Source: Bdellovibrionales bacterium
Lineage (GTDB): Bacteria > Bdellovibrionota > Bdellovibrionia > Bdellovibrionales > JAUICD01
Assembly: GCA_965197425.1 (NCBI GenBank)
Contig: CBDANC010000012.1
Location: 1-64,000 of the forward strand
Direction of reading: 5' to 3'
Length of the DNA: 64,000 nucleotides
Position numbers and translations under genes: made by a program. Positions within the stretch are counted from its first letter, which is position 1; the number at the start of each line of letters is the position of its first letter. The notes under the pieces are model-generated. The model was not told where the DNA came from and did not search any database. It saw nothing but the letters and a program-made list of their open reading frames with translations. Of this stretch, positions 20,422 through 31,622 are shown in pieces.

Positions 20422-20585
20422 ACCGACCGAAGGGAGGTTCATTCAGTTGGATTGGTATCAATGTCTAAAGCTGGGCAACCACTCGGCCAAAAAAAAAGTA
20501 AGCATAGCCTCCTTATTTTTTGCCTTGTTCGGAAGACCTTGATGTAATTGGAAAACATAAAGACTTATCCCGTAAGCCAATTGGA
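20419..20585 (+). repeat. Repeat mosaic: free C4 module, frame A copy with C2 (20469-20540), then C5-like module
   Basis: AACCGACCGAAGGGAGGTTCAT; AGCTGGGCAACCACTCGG...CGGAAGACCTT; TTATCCCGTAAGCCAATTGG. Confidence 0.85.
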
Positions 20586-20642
20586 TAAATGCGTCAAAAT
20601 TATTGGTTGAATTAAATCTTATTTGATAGACAATGTTCGCTA

Positions 20643-21194
20643 TTGGGACCGATAATTTTAAATTTTATTCTTGTCATTTTTTATGTTCAGATGGCGGGGG
20701 CGTTTTCTTTTGGATATAACAAAGGTTATAAACCAAAGCAAACTTTACCCTATGATCATTCTCTTCATGCTGGAAAGTATCAGATTCCATGCTTAAGCTG
20801 TCATGTTCAGGCTGATAAGAACAGGCATGCAACTGTGCCTAGTTTAAATATTTGCATGAACTGTCATAACGGTGTTGCTATAAATAAACCTGCCGTACAG
20901 ACATTAAGAAAAGCATATGATAAGGGGTATAGCATCCCTTGGTTAAAGGTACATCTGTTACCTGATTTTGTGATGTTTAATCATCAAGCTCATGTGAAGG
21001 CAGACATTCGCTGTCAGACTTGTCATGGAAATATTGAAACTATGAAAGAGGTAGAGCAGAGTTCTGTCCTATCTATGGGTTGGTGTTTAAATTGTCATAG
21101 AAATCCTGAAGATGCCAGAGAGTTTGCTAAGCAAAAAAAACCTGATGGTTCGATAAATCAGGCTCCGGTTAGTTGTGGTACTTGTCATTATTAG
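20643..21194 (+). CDS. actA: Alternative complex III subunit ActA (pentaheme cytochrome c)
   Basis: Five CxxCH motifs (CLSCH, CMNCH, CQTCH, CLNCH, CGTCH). Confidence 0.9.
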   Translation: MGPIILNFILVIFYVQMAGAFSFGYNKGYKPKQTLPYDHSLHAGKYQIPCLSCHVQADKNRHATVPSLNICMNCHNGVAINKPAVQTLRKAYDKGYSIPWLKVHLLPDFVMFNHQAHVKADIRCQTCHGNIETMKEVEQSSVLSMGWCLNCHRNPEDAREFAKQKKPDGSINQAPVSCGTCHY

Positions 21195-21211
21195 ATAGCT
21201 TTGGTGGTATT

Positions 21212-24064
21212 GTGAAACAGACTTTTTGGACAGACTTTTTAGATAATGAACTATCTAGTGATAACGAATTTGTATCCGTACCAGATAGTAAAGAGGACCA
21301 AAATTCTAGAAGAGATTTTTTAAAACTCATGGGTGCTGGAATAGCACTTACTTCAATGAGTTGCATAAGAAGACCTGCTGAAAAAATTGTACCGTACGCT
21401 AATAGACCTGAGGAGATAGAGCCTGGAATCTCTAATTATTATACATCTACATATGTTCAAGGATTTGAAACTCAACCTGTTTTGATAAAAACAAGAGAAG
21501 GGCGGCCAATTTATGTAAAGCCCAACCCTGAGTTTAAAGGTATTTCTTCTAGAGCCATTGCTCATGTATTAGATCTCTATGATCCTGATAGATTAAAACA
21601 CCCTGTTAAAAAAGAAGACTTTAATTTTAAAAAGAGTTCTTGGGAGGAGTTTGACAATCAGATCGCAGAAGCCCTAAAGCTTGGTAATACTACTCTTGTT
21701 ACTGGCAATGTGTACTCCCCTACTTTGAAATTGCTTATAGATAATTTTAGAAAAAAAGGCGTTGATCATTATTCTTGGGAACCCACATCTTTTGATGGTG
21801 TAAAAAAGGCAAACCAGCTTTGTTTTAAAAAATCAGTAGTTCCTGGTTATCATTTTGATAAATCAAAAGTTGTGGTATCTATTGGGGCTGATTTTTTAAG
21901 TACATATCTAAGCCCGACTGAATTTTCAAGTGATTTTGCTAAGACAAGAAATCCTGAGAATATGAGTAAGCTTGTGGTATTTGAGTCTATACACTCTTTA
22001 ACTGGTGCTAATTCAGATCTAAGATTTGTGGTTAAACCTTCCTTGTACCCTAAGGTTGTGCTTGGATTGTGTTACGAAATGATCAAAAGAGGTGCTTCGA
22101 TCAGTTCCATTGTAAGGACTAGATTTGATGAATACTCTAATATGCCAAAAAAATTAAACATTGATCCTGACAAGTACTATCAACTTTGTGATCTTTTATG
22201 GAATAATAGAAGAAAGTCTTTGGTGATTTCTAATGGTTCTACTGGAAGTGATGACACCGAATTGCAGATAGCAACTAATTTATTAAATTATATGTTGGAT
22301 AGCTATAGCTCTACAATTGACATGGCAAGAACATTTAATTTTTCTTCATCTTATGAAAGTTTGGATGAACTTTTTAAAAAATTGGATGACGGAAAAGTTA
22401 GTACTTTAATTGTAGCTGGTATTAACCCTGCTTATTTATCAAAATCATTTTCAAAGCATGTTTCCAAGGCTAGAAGAGTGTTTTATCTGGGGGACAGATT
22501 AGATGAAACAGCACAACATGCAACTCATGTAGCTCCTTTATCACATCAAATGGAATCCTGGGGTGATGCTGAAATAAAAAGAAGTATTCATGCAATTGTT
22601 CAACCTACTATTAGACCCCTTTATGATACTCGCTCTCTGGGGGAATGTTTATTAAAGTGGTCTAATAATGAAACCAAATATTATGATTTTTTAAAGGACA
22701 ACTGGAAGTCTAGATCTTTGAGTCTTCAATTTGAAAAATTTTGGATCGATTTACTTCACAAAGGTTTTATTGTTGAAAATATAAGTAGTGAGCAAGTTAA
22801 TTTTAATTATTCTTCTTTGGCCTATGCTTTTGGCAAAAATTCAAATTCTGAGATTGAACTTTTCTTATATCAAAAGTCTACAATGTTAGAGGGCAACCAA
22901 GCTAACAATGCTTGGCTTCAGGAGTTGCCTTGCCCTGTAACGAAAGTAGTTTGGGATAATTATTTATTAATCTCTAAACCATTGGCAAGCAAACTTGGTT
23001 TTTCTAAAAATGGTGAGCATGCTTTAGTAACCAAAGGTAATACTAAGTTATCGGTTCCGGTTTTAATTTCACCCGGTATTTCAGATAGTGTTGTAGGGTT
23101 AGCAGTGGGTTATGGAAGAACAAATGCCGGTCGTGTTGGTACAAAAATTGGTATTAATGCATATGTTTTAACAGACAATGATTTGCAAGTTAGTGTCAAA
23201 AAAACATCTGGGTTTACTACACTTGCTAATGCACAAGGGCACCATCGATTAGATGGAAGACAGCTTGTTGTGGACGCAACATTGGATGAATACAAAAAAT
23301 CACCTTCAACTAATATCAAAACTCACAAAATATTCAGTCTTTATCCAAAGCATGAGTACAAGGGTCATCGTTGGGCTATGGCTATTGATTTAAATTTATG
23401 CACTGGTTGTTCTGCATGTGTTACAGCATGTCAGTCAGAGAATAATATTCCGTCTGTTGGCAAAAAATATGTTCTCAGAGGAAGGGAGATGCATTGGATT
23501 AGGCTTGATAGGTATTACAAAGGTGATGAAGATAATCCTGATGTATTGTTTCAACCTATGTTGTGTCAACACTGTGAAAATGCATCCTGCGAAGCGGTTT
23601 GCCCTGTAATAGCTACGGTCCATGGCGAAGAGGGTTTAAATCAGATGATTTATAATAGGTGTGTTGGTACTAGGTATTGTTCCAATAACTGTCCTTACAA
23701 GGTAAGACGATTTAATTGGTTTAATTATTCAAAGGTAGAAAAGCCATTAAACAAAGCATTTAACCCTGATGTCACCGTACGATCCAGAGGGGTTATGGAA
23801 AAATGTACTTTTTGTACTCAGAGAATTAAAGAAACAAAAATTTTAGCTAAAAGAGAAAATAGAGAAGTTGGTGGAGATGATGTAGTGACAGCATGTCAGG
23901 AAGCTTGTCCAACTAATGCAATTATATTTGGCGATATAAATAATGAGAAAAGTTCTGTTAAAAAAGCTTTTAAGAGTGAAAGGAGTTTTTCAGTATTGGA
24001 AGAATACAATAATATTCCAATGGTGAAATATAAAACCAAGATTAGAAATAAGGACAAGGCATGA
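21212..24064 (+). CDS. actB: Alternative complex III subunit ActB (molybdopterin-oxidoreductase-like plus Fe-S domain)
   Basis: TAT motif SRRDFLK, Fe-S motifs [29 protein letters not shown] start at 21212 preferred. Confidence 0.92.
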   Translation: MKQTFWTDFLDNELSSDNEFVSVPDSKEDQNSRRDFLKLMGAGIALTSMSCIRRPAEKIVPYANRPEEIEPGISNYYTSTYVQGFETQPVLIKTREGRPIYVKPNPEFKGISSRAIAHVLDLYDPDRLKHPVKKEDFNFKKSSWEEFDNQIAEALKLGNTTLVTGNVYSPTLKLLIDNFRKKGVDHYSWEPTSFDGVKKANQLCFKKSVVPGYHFDKSKVVVSIGADFLSTYLSPTEFSSDFAKTRNPENMSKLVVFESIHSLTGANSDLRFVVKPSLYPKVVLGLCYEMIKRGASISSIVRTRFDEYSNMPKKLNIDPDKYYQLCDLLWNNRRKSLVISNGSTGSDDTELQIATNLLNYMLDSYSSTIDMARTFNFSSSYESLDELFKKLDDGKVSTLIVAGINPAYLSKSFSKHVSKARRVFYLGDRLDETAQHATHVAPLSHQMESWGDAEIKRSIHAIVQPTIRPLYDTRSLGECLLKWSNNETKYYDFLKDNWKSRSLSLQFEKFWIDLLHKGFIVENISSEQVNFNYSSLAYAFGKNSNSEIELFLYQKSTMLEGNQANNAWLQELPCPVTKVVWDNYLLISKPLASKLGFSKNGEHALVTKGNTKLSVPVLISPGISDSVVGLAVGYGRTNAGRVGTKIGINAYVLTDNDLQVSVKKTSGFTTLANAQGHHRLDGRQLVVDATLDEYKKSPSTNIKTHKIFSLYPKHEYKGHRWAMAIDLNLCTGCSACVTACQSENNIPSVGKKYVLRGREMHWIRLDRYYKGDEDNPDVLFQPMLCQHCENASCEAVCPVIATVHGEEGLNQMIYNRCVGTRYCSNNCPYKVRRFNWFNYSKVEKPLNKAFNPDVTVRSRGVMEKCTFCTQRIKETKILAKRENREVGGDDVVTACQEACPTNAIIFGDINNEKSSVKKAFKSERSFSVLEEYNNIPMVKYKTKIRNKDKA

Positions 24065-25419
24065 TTAAGCGGAATGTCTTGGTTGCTGGTAACAAAGATT
24101 TTAAACAAATATCAGAAGATATTTGTAGTATCCCCGAATCTCTTCCTAAAAAAATCTGGTTTGGTCTTTTTATACCTGCAAAATTATTTTTAGTTTTTTA
24201 TGTTGTAGTAATTGGCACAATTGTGGGTGTTGGGATGGGCTTGATGGGTGTAAACCATCCTGTTGGCTGGGGTACTGACATTGTCACATTTGTATTTTGG
24301 GTTGGTATTGGTCATGCGGGTACATTGATATCTGCAATATTATTTTTGTTTAGACAAAAATGGCGTACTGGCATTAACAGAGCTGCTGAGGCAATGACAA
24401 TTTTTGCTGTTATGTGTGCTGGGATTTTTCCTTTAATTCACACAGGAAGACCTTGGTTTGCTTATTGGTTACTCCCCTACCCTAACCAACGTGGTCCATT
24501 ATGGGTAAATTTTAGATCACCTTTGGAGTGGGATGTATTTGCGGTTTCCACTTATCTTACAATTTCGTTTGTATTTTGGTATCTGGGTATGATTCCTGAT
24601 CTTGCTACTATGAGAGATAGAGCTAAGCATAAAGTAAGAAAATTAGTTTATGGTTTTTTATCTCTAGGCTGGAGAGGTACTAATACAAACTGGCAGCATT
24701 ATGAATCTGCTTATCTAATGTTAGCTGGGCTTTCTACTCCTTTGGTTTTATCTGTACATTCCATTGTATCATTTGATTTTGCTGTATCTAACTTACCGGG
24801 GTGGCATACTACTATATTCCCACCTTATTTTGTGGCTGGAGCTATTTTTTCTGGCTTTGCAATGGTTGTTACTTTGATGTGTTTAACCAGGATTGGCTTC
24901 CCTCAAATAAAGGACTACATAACGGTAGATCATTTAGAAGTTATGAACAAAATTATAATGACTACTAGCTTAATGGTTGGTTATGCATATGCTGCTGAAT
25001 TTTTTATAGCTTGGTATTCTGGTGTTGAGTATGAGACTTTTACTTTCATAAATAGAGCCATAGGACCTTATTGGTGGTCGTATTGGATTATGGTTAGTTG
25101 CAATGTCCTTATACCACAATTGTTTTGGTTTAAATCTATAAGGCGATCTTTACCTACAATGTTTGTTATTAGTATTTTTGTAAATATTGGTATGTGGTTT
25201 GAAAGATATGTCATTACAGTTACTTCATTGCATGCAGACTTTTTACCTTCTAATTGGGGTATGTTTGTGATGACCTTTTTTGACTTTGGTGTGTTGATTG
25301 GTAGTTTTGGTATGTTCTTTACATTATTTTTATTATTTATCAGGACACTTCCTATGGTTGCCATGAGTGAGGTTAAGCCCATGATCTATGTTGGAAGAGA
25401 CGGGGGACATCATGCTTAA
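24061..25419 (+). CDS. actC: Alternative complex III subunit ActC (NrfD/PsrC family)
   Basis: [26 protein letters not shown], multiple TMs. Confidence 0.92.
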   Translation: MIKRNVLVAGNKDFKQISEDICSIPESLPKKIWFGLFIPAKLFLVFYVVVIGTIVGVGMGLMGVNHPVGWGTDIVTFVFWVGIGHAGTLISAILFLFRQKWRTGINRAAEAMTIFAVMCAGIFPLIHTGRPWFAYWLLPYPNQRGPLWVNFRSPLEWDVFAVSTYLTISFVFWYLGMIPDLATMRDRAKHKVRKLVYGFLSLGWRGTNTNWQHYESAYLMLAGLSTPLVLSVHSIVSFDFAVSNLPGWHTTIFPPYFVAGAIFSGFAMVVTLMCLTRIGFPQIKDYITVDHLEVMNKIIMTTSLMVGYAYAAEFFIAWYSGVEYETFTFINRAIGPYWWSYWIMVSCNVLIPQLFWFKSIRRSLPTMFVISIFVNIGMWFERYVITVTSLHADFLPSNWGMFVMTFFDFGVLIGSFGMFFTLFLLFIRTLPMVAMSEVKPMIYVGRDGGHHA

Positions 25420-25972
25420 AGTTATTTCGTCTTTAAAGAATAGATTTTTTAAAACTACTCCTGGAGTTGTGGCTTTCTTTGCAAATGAGAAAGCTCTATT
25501 AAAGGCGGCTAAGAGCACATATGAAAGTGGATATAGAACATTTGATACTATTTCACCTTTTCCTGTGCATGGCATGGATGAGGCTATGAGGCTTAAAAGA
25601 TCTATGGTTCCTTGGGTTACATTTTCATTTGGTGTGTTAGGGTGTGCATTTGGCACTTGGTTTCAATATTGGACTTCTGCTGTTAATTACCCTCTTAACA
25701 TAGCTGGGAAGCCATTTTTTTCTTTGCCTGCCTTTGTACCTATTATATTTGAGTTAACAGTTTTATTTTCAGGTTTAGCAACTTTTGGTTCGGTTTTGTT
25801 TTTGTGTCGTCTTCCAAAAATTAATCCTCCTATACTAGATGTTGATCTCACATGTCACAAGTTCGCTCTTTTAATTTTTTCTGTTGATAAAAAGTATGAA
25901 AGTGCTACTAAGAGCTTGGAGTTTTTAAAAAACCTAGATTGTGTAGAGGCTAAGGAGTATCTGAAGTTTTGA
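25412..25972 (+). CDS. actD: Alternative complex III subunit ActD (DUF3341)
   Basis: SPFPVHGMD and GKP...[13 protein letters not shown] motifs, operon position. Confidence 0.88.
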   Translation: MLKVISSLKNRFFKTTPGVVAFFANEKALLKAAKSTYESGYRTFDTISPFPVHGMDEAMRLKRSMVPWVTFSFGVLGCAFGTWFQYWTSAVNYPLNIAGKPFFSLPAFVPIIFELTVLFSGLATFGSVLFLCRLPKINPPILDVDLTCHKFALLIFSVDKKYESATKSLEFLKNLDCVEAKEYLKF

Positions 25973-26523
25973 GAAATTTTTTACTATTACTTTTGCTAGT
26001 TGTTTTATTAGGTTGTGAAAGGCGCAAGCCTAATATTGAATTGATTCAGGATATGATGCAATCACCCGCCATAAAGGCACAAGACTATGATGACTCTGCC
26101 GTAGCAAAAAGGGCTATGGATTTACCTCCTGAGGGAACTGTACCGGTAGGCCATACTCCCTATACAATTGATACTCCTGAAGAAGCAGGATTGAAATTAG
26201 AAAATGAACTGGTTCCAACAAATGATATATTATTAAGAGGTAGTCGTGGTTATTACATTTATTGTTGGGTTTGTCATGGTGATGTGGGCAGGGGTGATGG
26301 TCCTGTTTCCGACAAACTTCTTTTAAAGCCACCTTCTCTGCTAACCAATAAAGCTAGAAATTACCAAGATGGGTACTTGTATCACATGATAGTTAGAGGA
26401 AGAGGTTATATGGGTAGTTATGCTGCTCAAATTCCTAATGAGGACGATAGATGGGCTATCGTAAATTTTGTAAGAAGATTACAAGATATGACTGAACCAG
26501 ATCCGGAACCAACAACTAACTAA
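25969..26523 (+). CDS. actE: Alternative complex III subunit ActE (monoheme cytochrome c lipoprotein)
   Basis: Lipobox LLGC, CWVCH heme motif, DRWAIV. Confidence 0.88.
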   Translation: MRNFLLLLLLVVLLGCERRKPNIELIQDMMQSPAIKAQDYDDSAVAKRAMDLPPEGTVPVGHTPYTIDTPEEAGLKLENELVPTNDILLRGSRGYYIYCWVCHGDVGRGDGPVSDKLLLKPPSLLTNKARNYQDGYLYHMIVRGRGYMGSYAAQIPNEDDRWAIVNFVRRLQDMTEPDPEPTTN

Positions 26524-26536
26524 AATAGGATAATAA

Positions 26537-27724
26537 GTGAGTAGTTTAGAAAAAAGATACTTAGATAAATCGTCTTGGAGCAAATATAGCAAAGTTTTTC
26601 TGGGAGTTTTTTTAGTTGGTTTGTCTGTTGGTCTTTATGGATTATTTTTTAGTGAAAACACTACTTTCTGGCCTTCATTTCTGACAAGCTTCTTTTATTT
26701 TTCTTCTCTTGCGTTGGGTGGTTTGTTTTTCACAGCTCTTCAATATGCCGTTAATGCTGGCTGGAGTGTTACTGTTAGGAGGGTTGCTGAGAGTTTTACT
26801 GCTTTTTTACCCATAGCACTTTTATTATCTTTGTTAATTGTATTTTTTGGTTCGCACAGTTTATTTGAGTGGTTGCATGAGGATGTAGTAGAGTCTGATA
26901 AAATTTTGCAAAAGAAAGCTGCATATTTGAATTGGCCATTTTTTTTAATAAGAACTCTTGTTTTTTTTGCTGGTTGGATTATCTTTGCTAAGATAATTGT
27001 AGGCAATTCTCTAAAGCAAGACAACGATGGGAATGATTCTAGAACAATTAAAAACACTAAGTTTTCTATAGCTTTTGTGTTGTTTTTTGCTTTGTCTTAT
27101 TCTCTATTTAGTGTGGACTACTTAATGAGTTTACATCCTCATTGGTTTTCCACAATCTTTGGTGTGTATTGTTTTGCTGGATTATTTCAATCTACTTTAG
27201 CCTTTATGATTATATTAACCGTATGGCTTATTAAGAAAAAATTGTTATCTGACTGTGTGAATGCAAATCATTTGCATGATTTGGGTAAACTTTTGTTTGC
27301 ATTTACAGTTTTTTATGCCTACATAGCTTTTTGTCAGTTTATGTTAATTTGGTATGCCAATTTGCCAGAAGAGACAATTTTTTATTTACACAGAAGCCAT
27401 GGCGGTTGGAAAGCTGTAAGTTATTCTTTGTTAGTGTTTAAGTTTTTAATTCCTTTTCTTGCTCTTTTGCCTAGACAAGCTAAGAGAAATCCTAAATGGC
27501 TTGTGAGCGTATCCGTTCTAATTTTAATCATGCAATATATAGATATATACTGGCTTGTGTACCCTAACTTTGAAGATCATGTAGTATTTGGGTTACCTGA
27601 ACTAAGCATGCTAGTTGGATTTTTAGCTTTATTTTTATTTTTTGTGTTTAAGTTTTTAACCAAAAACTCTGTAGTTCCTGCTAAGGATCCAAGGTTGAAT
27701 GAAGCTTTAGATCATCATATATGA
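26537..27724 (+). CDS. actF: Alternative complex III subunit ActF
   Basis: Polytopic membrane protein; WFSTIFG, HDLGK, LIWYANLPEE. Confidence 0.88.
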   Translation: MSSLEKRYLDKSSWSKYSKVFLGVFLVGLSVGLYGLFFSENTTFWPSFLTSFFYFSSLALGGLFFTALQYAVNAGWSVTVRRVAESFTAFLPIALLLSLLIVFFGSHSLFEWLHEDVVESDKILQKKAAYLNWPFFLIRTLVFFAGWIIFAKIIVGNSLKQDNDGNDSRTIKNTKFSIAFVLFFALSYSLFSVDYLMSLHPHWFSTIFGVYCFAGLFQSTLAFMIILTVWLIKKKLLSDCVNANHLHDLGKLLFAFTVFYAYIAFCQFMLIWYANLPEETIFYLHRSHGGWKAVSYSLLVFKFLIPFLALLPRQAKRNPKWLVSVSVLILIMQYIDIYWLVYPNFEDHVVFGLPELSMLVGFLALFLFFVFKFLTKNSVVPAKDPRLNEALDHHI

Positions 27725-27857
27725 CAATTCTAGCCTCTTGTTGTTATAACTAAGATGGTATGTATTATTTAGCTACACTAAATTTGATTAGTAGCTTTTT
27801 TGTTGAAAAATAAAAACAAATCTTCCTAAAATTAGTTTTTCTAATAAGAGGATTATT

Positions 27858-28040
27858 ATGTCTAAAACAAAGAACAATTTTTTTTTAAAGTTTATAAAAG
27901 AAGGTAGAAACTTACACAATATTAATAAACTTAAATCAAGTTATAGATGCCCTTATGATAGATATAGAGATTTTGGCATTGAATCTGGGGGCGGAAGTTA
28001 TGCTAACAGACTGGCACACACCAAAAACAAAGCAGCTTAG
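27858..28040 (+). CDS. Small basic hypothetical protein
   Basis: GAGGA RBS before ATG, 60 aa; no recognisable domain. Confidence 0.45.
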   Translation: MSKTKNNFFLKFIKEGRNLHNINKLKSSYRCPYDRYRDFGIESGGGSYANRLAHTKNKAA

Positions 28041-28234
28041 CTAAATAAAACAGAGTTAAACTGTTAGTTATATATATATATATTTTTTACAAAGTATAGA
28101 ATTTGAGACTGTTTTTTAAGATTTTCAATCAAACTTTGCTAAAAAAGCACACAACTAATTTTGCTGAATTAATTTTTATGTAAATTTATACAAACTTTTT
28201 GCCTAACGGTTAATAATTACTATAAGGATAATAC

Positions 28235-29131
28235 ATGAAAGTAAAAGGTGTTTTTTTATTTATACTTGTAATATTGAGCTTTGTTGGCAACAAAGCTCAC
28301 ACGCAAGAGGTTACTACCGGTTTTTACTGGTCTTCTGAATACTGTATAGTACACGAATTTGATCCATTACTGGAGGACTACTATAAAGAAATGAATGTTA
28401 AAATTTGTTATCAATATTTTCCAGAAAACAAATCTATAGTGGAAAGATGCGTGGTAAATCTTGAGACAGAAAGTAATGACTGTGAGCTTGTTTCTGCATC
28501 TGAATTAAAAGATGGATTTACATCAGACTTTTTCAAAGAATTATATATGCAAACACATAATCCTGTTATGGAGTTATTATCAGAATTAGCACAATCTGAT
28601 AATCGTTTACCAAGAGTAAGCCTAGTAGAGATACTGCAATCGATGTCCCATCAATCTGCACAAATAATATCATCTGATTCAATAGAATATATTTTCCCTT
28701 ATGAAGAAGAGTATATAACAGATGACTTTCATATATATGAAGATGAGGAGTTTCAAGATTTAAAAGAAGAGATTAATGGAACAACTCAAGTTTTATTGGC
28801 TGGAATTGAGCTTGGTGGTGGAATTATTATGTATGACTTGGCTTCTAGATTGGAAAAGCATCTTTTATCACCAACTTTTGTTAAGAAAATAGTTTTTGTT
28901 AATCCAGAAAGCGGTTTAATTTCCAGAACCAGGGCTAGAGGAACTCAATTTGCAAGAAATTTGTTATCTGTAAAGAATGTTAGAAGGGTTAGGGGTCTTG
29001 CTATTTTTTATGCATTAGCCAGTCCAGCAACTAGAGCTTGGGGAGTTTTCTTTAAAAAAGAAAATCCAGGCTTAGTGCCACTTATACCATTAACTAGAGA
29101 TTTTATTTTGGAAGAAAAAGACAATAAATAA
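28235..29131 (+). CDS. Secreted hypothetical protein, paralog 1
   Basis: Signal-peptide-like N-terminus; clear similarity to 29216-30148. Confidence 0.75.
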   Translation: MKVKGVFLFILVILSFVGNKAHTQEVTTGFYWSSEYCIVHEFDPLLEDYYKEMNVKICYQYFPENKSIVERCVVNLETESNDCELVSASELKDGFTSDFFKELYMQTHNPVMELLSELAQSDNRLPRVSLVEILQSMSHQSAQIISSDSIEYIFPYEEEYITDDFHIYEDEEFQDLKEEINGTTQVLLAGIELGGGIIMYDLASRLEKHLLSPTFVKKIVFVNPESGLISRTRARGTQFARNLLSVKNVRRVRGLAIFYALASPATRAWGVFFKKENPGLVPLIPLTRDFILEEKDNK

Positions 29132-29215
29132 AAAAGAAAATAAAACTTAGAAAAATGTTCAGACTTTAAAGTTTATTCTATAAAGATAGGATGTTGTATA
29201 GTATACGTTATAAGC

Positions 29216-30148
29216 ATGAGTTATGTACGTATGGTTTTATTATTGTCATTTGTTATGAGTGTGGTTTTTTCTGTTGAAAAATCACATGCCTTTCAAGGTC
29301 ATTTTGAAGATTACGATAGCATAATTATTATCGATCTTATAGAGGAGAAATGTGTTCCTCCTAGGCTTGATCCTTTATTCGAAGGTGAAGGTAATATTGA
29401 AGGGATTGAAGTTTGTTATAATTTTATATCAAGAAGTGAAATAGAAAGATGTTTGGTTGACCTTGGGACTGGGGAAAGAGAATGTGAAAATTTAACTCCT
29501 TTGTCAATTGCAGGCGAAGTTTTGGGTGATACAAATAAGATCGAACGAGTTCAATCATTTCTATCTGAGGTGGGTCAATCAGAAGACCTAGCACTTACCG
29601 AGGAAAATGAGGCTTTAATATCTGAAATACAGGACTTACTAAGTGGTTTAAGGTTTGCTTCATCACAGCAAGAAAGGCTTGTTTCTGGTTTAAGAAGCAA
29701 TTTTTTGCAAGATGATGAGAATTTTGATGAATTGAAAAATGATATTGATTTAACTACGCAGGGTATTTTATCAGCGGCAGAGTTTGGAGGAGGCCTTGTG
29801 ATAGCCCGTATTACTGCAGATTTGTCACATAAACTAAGCCCAGTACCTGGCACTCAAAAAGTAGTAATGCCGGATCAAACAAGAAGAGGCTTGCTTTCAA
29901 GGACAGCCAGAGGAGGAGTGAGGTTAACAAAAAATTTATTATCAGTAACTGGCTGGCTTAGAAGAGTTTCAAAAGTTTTTGTTATCTATTCAGTAGCTGG
30001 CCCATCTATAAGGGCTTGGAAAATTTTTAAAAGAGAAGAAGACCCAGGTATTGCGCCTGTAATACCGTTAGTTAAGGATGGAATTAACTTTGTCGAAGGT
30101 ATTCCTGATAGAATTACTCTATTTGAATCAAAAGATACATCTAATTAA
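29216..30148 (+). CDS. Secreted hypothetical protein, paralog 2
   Basis: Signal peptide ending SHA; shares 4-Cys pattern and C-terminal motifs with 28235-29131. Confidence 0.75.
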   Translation: MSYVRMVLLLSFVMSVVFSVEKSHAFQGHFEDYDSIIIIDLIEEKCVPPRLDPLFEGEGNIEGIEVCYNFISRSEIERCLVDLGTGERECENLTPLSIAGEVLGDTNKIERVQSFLSEVGQSEDLALTEENEALISEIQDLLSGLRFASSQQERLVSGLRSNFLQDDENFDELKNDIDLTTQGILSAAEFGGGLVIARITADLSHKLSPVPGTQKVVMPDQTRRGLLSRTARGGVRLTKNLLSVTGWLRRVSKVFVIYSVAGPSIRAWKIFKREEDPGIAPVIPLVKDGINFVEGIPDRITLFESKDTSN

Positions 30149-30179
30149 TAAATTTAACTTTAACTAAACTAAAAAACTT

Positions 30180-31295
30180 TTACTCGTCTAATAAGTTTTT
30201 CCACCACTTTGTAGTTTTGTTTTTTTTATCAACATTTACTACTTCTCCAATTTTAGGTGTAAAGTGCACGATATTTTCTTTACTAGATAATTTGCTGGAA
30301 TGCTCTATTGGATCATACCAATTATGAACTGATAAGTCGAACATACCCCAATGAACTGTCATAAGAGCTTTTCCTTTTAAATCTTTGAAGGCTTGTATTG
30401 TTTGATCAGGGAATAAATGTGATGTTGGCCAATCTTTGTTGTATTGGCCATTTTCTAAAAATGTAATGTCAAATGGTCCATATTTGTTCCCGATCTCTTT
30501 GAAGTGAGTAAAATAACCAGAATCTCCACTAAAAAATATTTTATATTTTTTATCATATATAACCCATGATACCCAAAGAGTATTATTTTGAAAAAACTTA
30601 GCTCTGCCGGAAAAGTGTTGTGCTGGAGTTGCGATAAATGTTAAATCTGACTGCTTTGTTTTTTCCCATAAATCTAGCTCTGTAACTCTTTTACTGTTAA
30701 TACCCCACGATCTTAGGTGAGAAAAAACGCCTAATGGAACAACAAATTTTGTGTCTTTATCTATGAAATGTTTAATGCTTTTAGTATCTAAATGATCGTA
30801 GTGATCATGAGATATAACAATATAATCAATTAGAGGAAGTTCATCTAAGCTAATTACAGGAGGTTGAAATCGTTTGTTTAGAAAAACAAATGGAGCTGCA
30901 TATGTCGAAAATACCGGATCAAATAAAATAATTTCACCATTTAAATTAACTAAAAATGTAGAGTGCCCTAACCAAACATAAAATAAGCCTTCTTTATAGG
31001 ATATAAATTTATCTAAATTTGGTTTTTCTTCAGGTAATTTTACGCTAGGTTTTGCATGCTCTTTTTTATCATCAAAAACTTTTTTAAATCTTTTAAGTCT
31101 GTAAAAAAATCCTCTTTTCCTTTTTTGTCTACTAGCTTGAATATTTTCATGATCTTCATTTAAAAATTTTCCAATTTTAGTGTCAAAATTTTTGGAAGTT
31201 TCTATTTTCTCTAAATCTTCATCCAAAATCTGCCCACCAAATTGAGCACACCCAGCTAAAAGCAGTGTACAAAAAATAAAACAAATTCGAAGCAT
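30180..31295 (-). CDS. MBL-fold hydrolase lipoprotein (NAPE-PLD/RomA-like)
   Basis: Lipobox LAGC, WLGHST, ISHDHYDHLD, PAQHFSGR, FSGDSG, HWG. Confidence 0.88.
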   Translation of the reverse strand: MLRICFIFCTLLLAGCAQFGGQILDEDLEKIETSKNFDTKIGKFLNEDHENIQASRQKRKRGFFYRLKRFKKVFDDKKEHAKPSVKLPEEKPNLDKFISYKEGLFYVWLGHSTFLVNLNGEIILFDPVFSTYAAPFVFLNKRFQPPVISLDELPLIDYIVISHDHYDHLDTKSIKHFIDKDTKFVVPLGVFSHLRSWGINSKRVTELDLWEKTKQSDLTFIATPAQHFSGRAKFFQNNTLWVSWVIYDKKYKIFFSGDSGYFTHFKEIGNKYGPFDITFLENGQYNKDWPTSHLFPDQTIQAFKDLKGKALMTVHWGMFDLSVHNWYDPIEHSSKLSSKENIVHFTPKIGEVVNVDKKNKTTKWWKNLLDE

Positions 31296-31307
31296 AAAAA
31301 AATCCCT

Positions 31308-31412
31308 GTGGATACTCCACTCGTAGTGGATACTCCACTTGTACTTATATTCAGACAGCTTTCGAGTATATATACACTCATAATCTTTGTCTTATACGAG
31401 CGGAGTATCCGC
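31308..31412. repeat. Cluster of 18-bp palindrome-containing repeats (REP-like)
   Basis: GTGGATACTCCACT(C/T)GTA at 31308-31325 and 31326-31343; inverted variant at 31395-31412. Confidence 0.8.
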
Positions 31413-31622
31413 TTGTTTTTGAAAAATGTACCTGGTGCCTTATGTATTATTCCAAATTGCTGTTTATTATATGTAGCTAGAAAGGCTATAAGTAGCAAAA
31501 AACCAGTATAAAAAAACAAAAAAAGCTTATATTTGTATCAGTTTGGTCTTTAGCATAACAATTTTGAGTTTTTTATTTTACCATCTGCCGTGTCTGGTGG
31601 TTTAGTATTTTTAGGAGGAACT

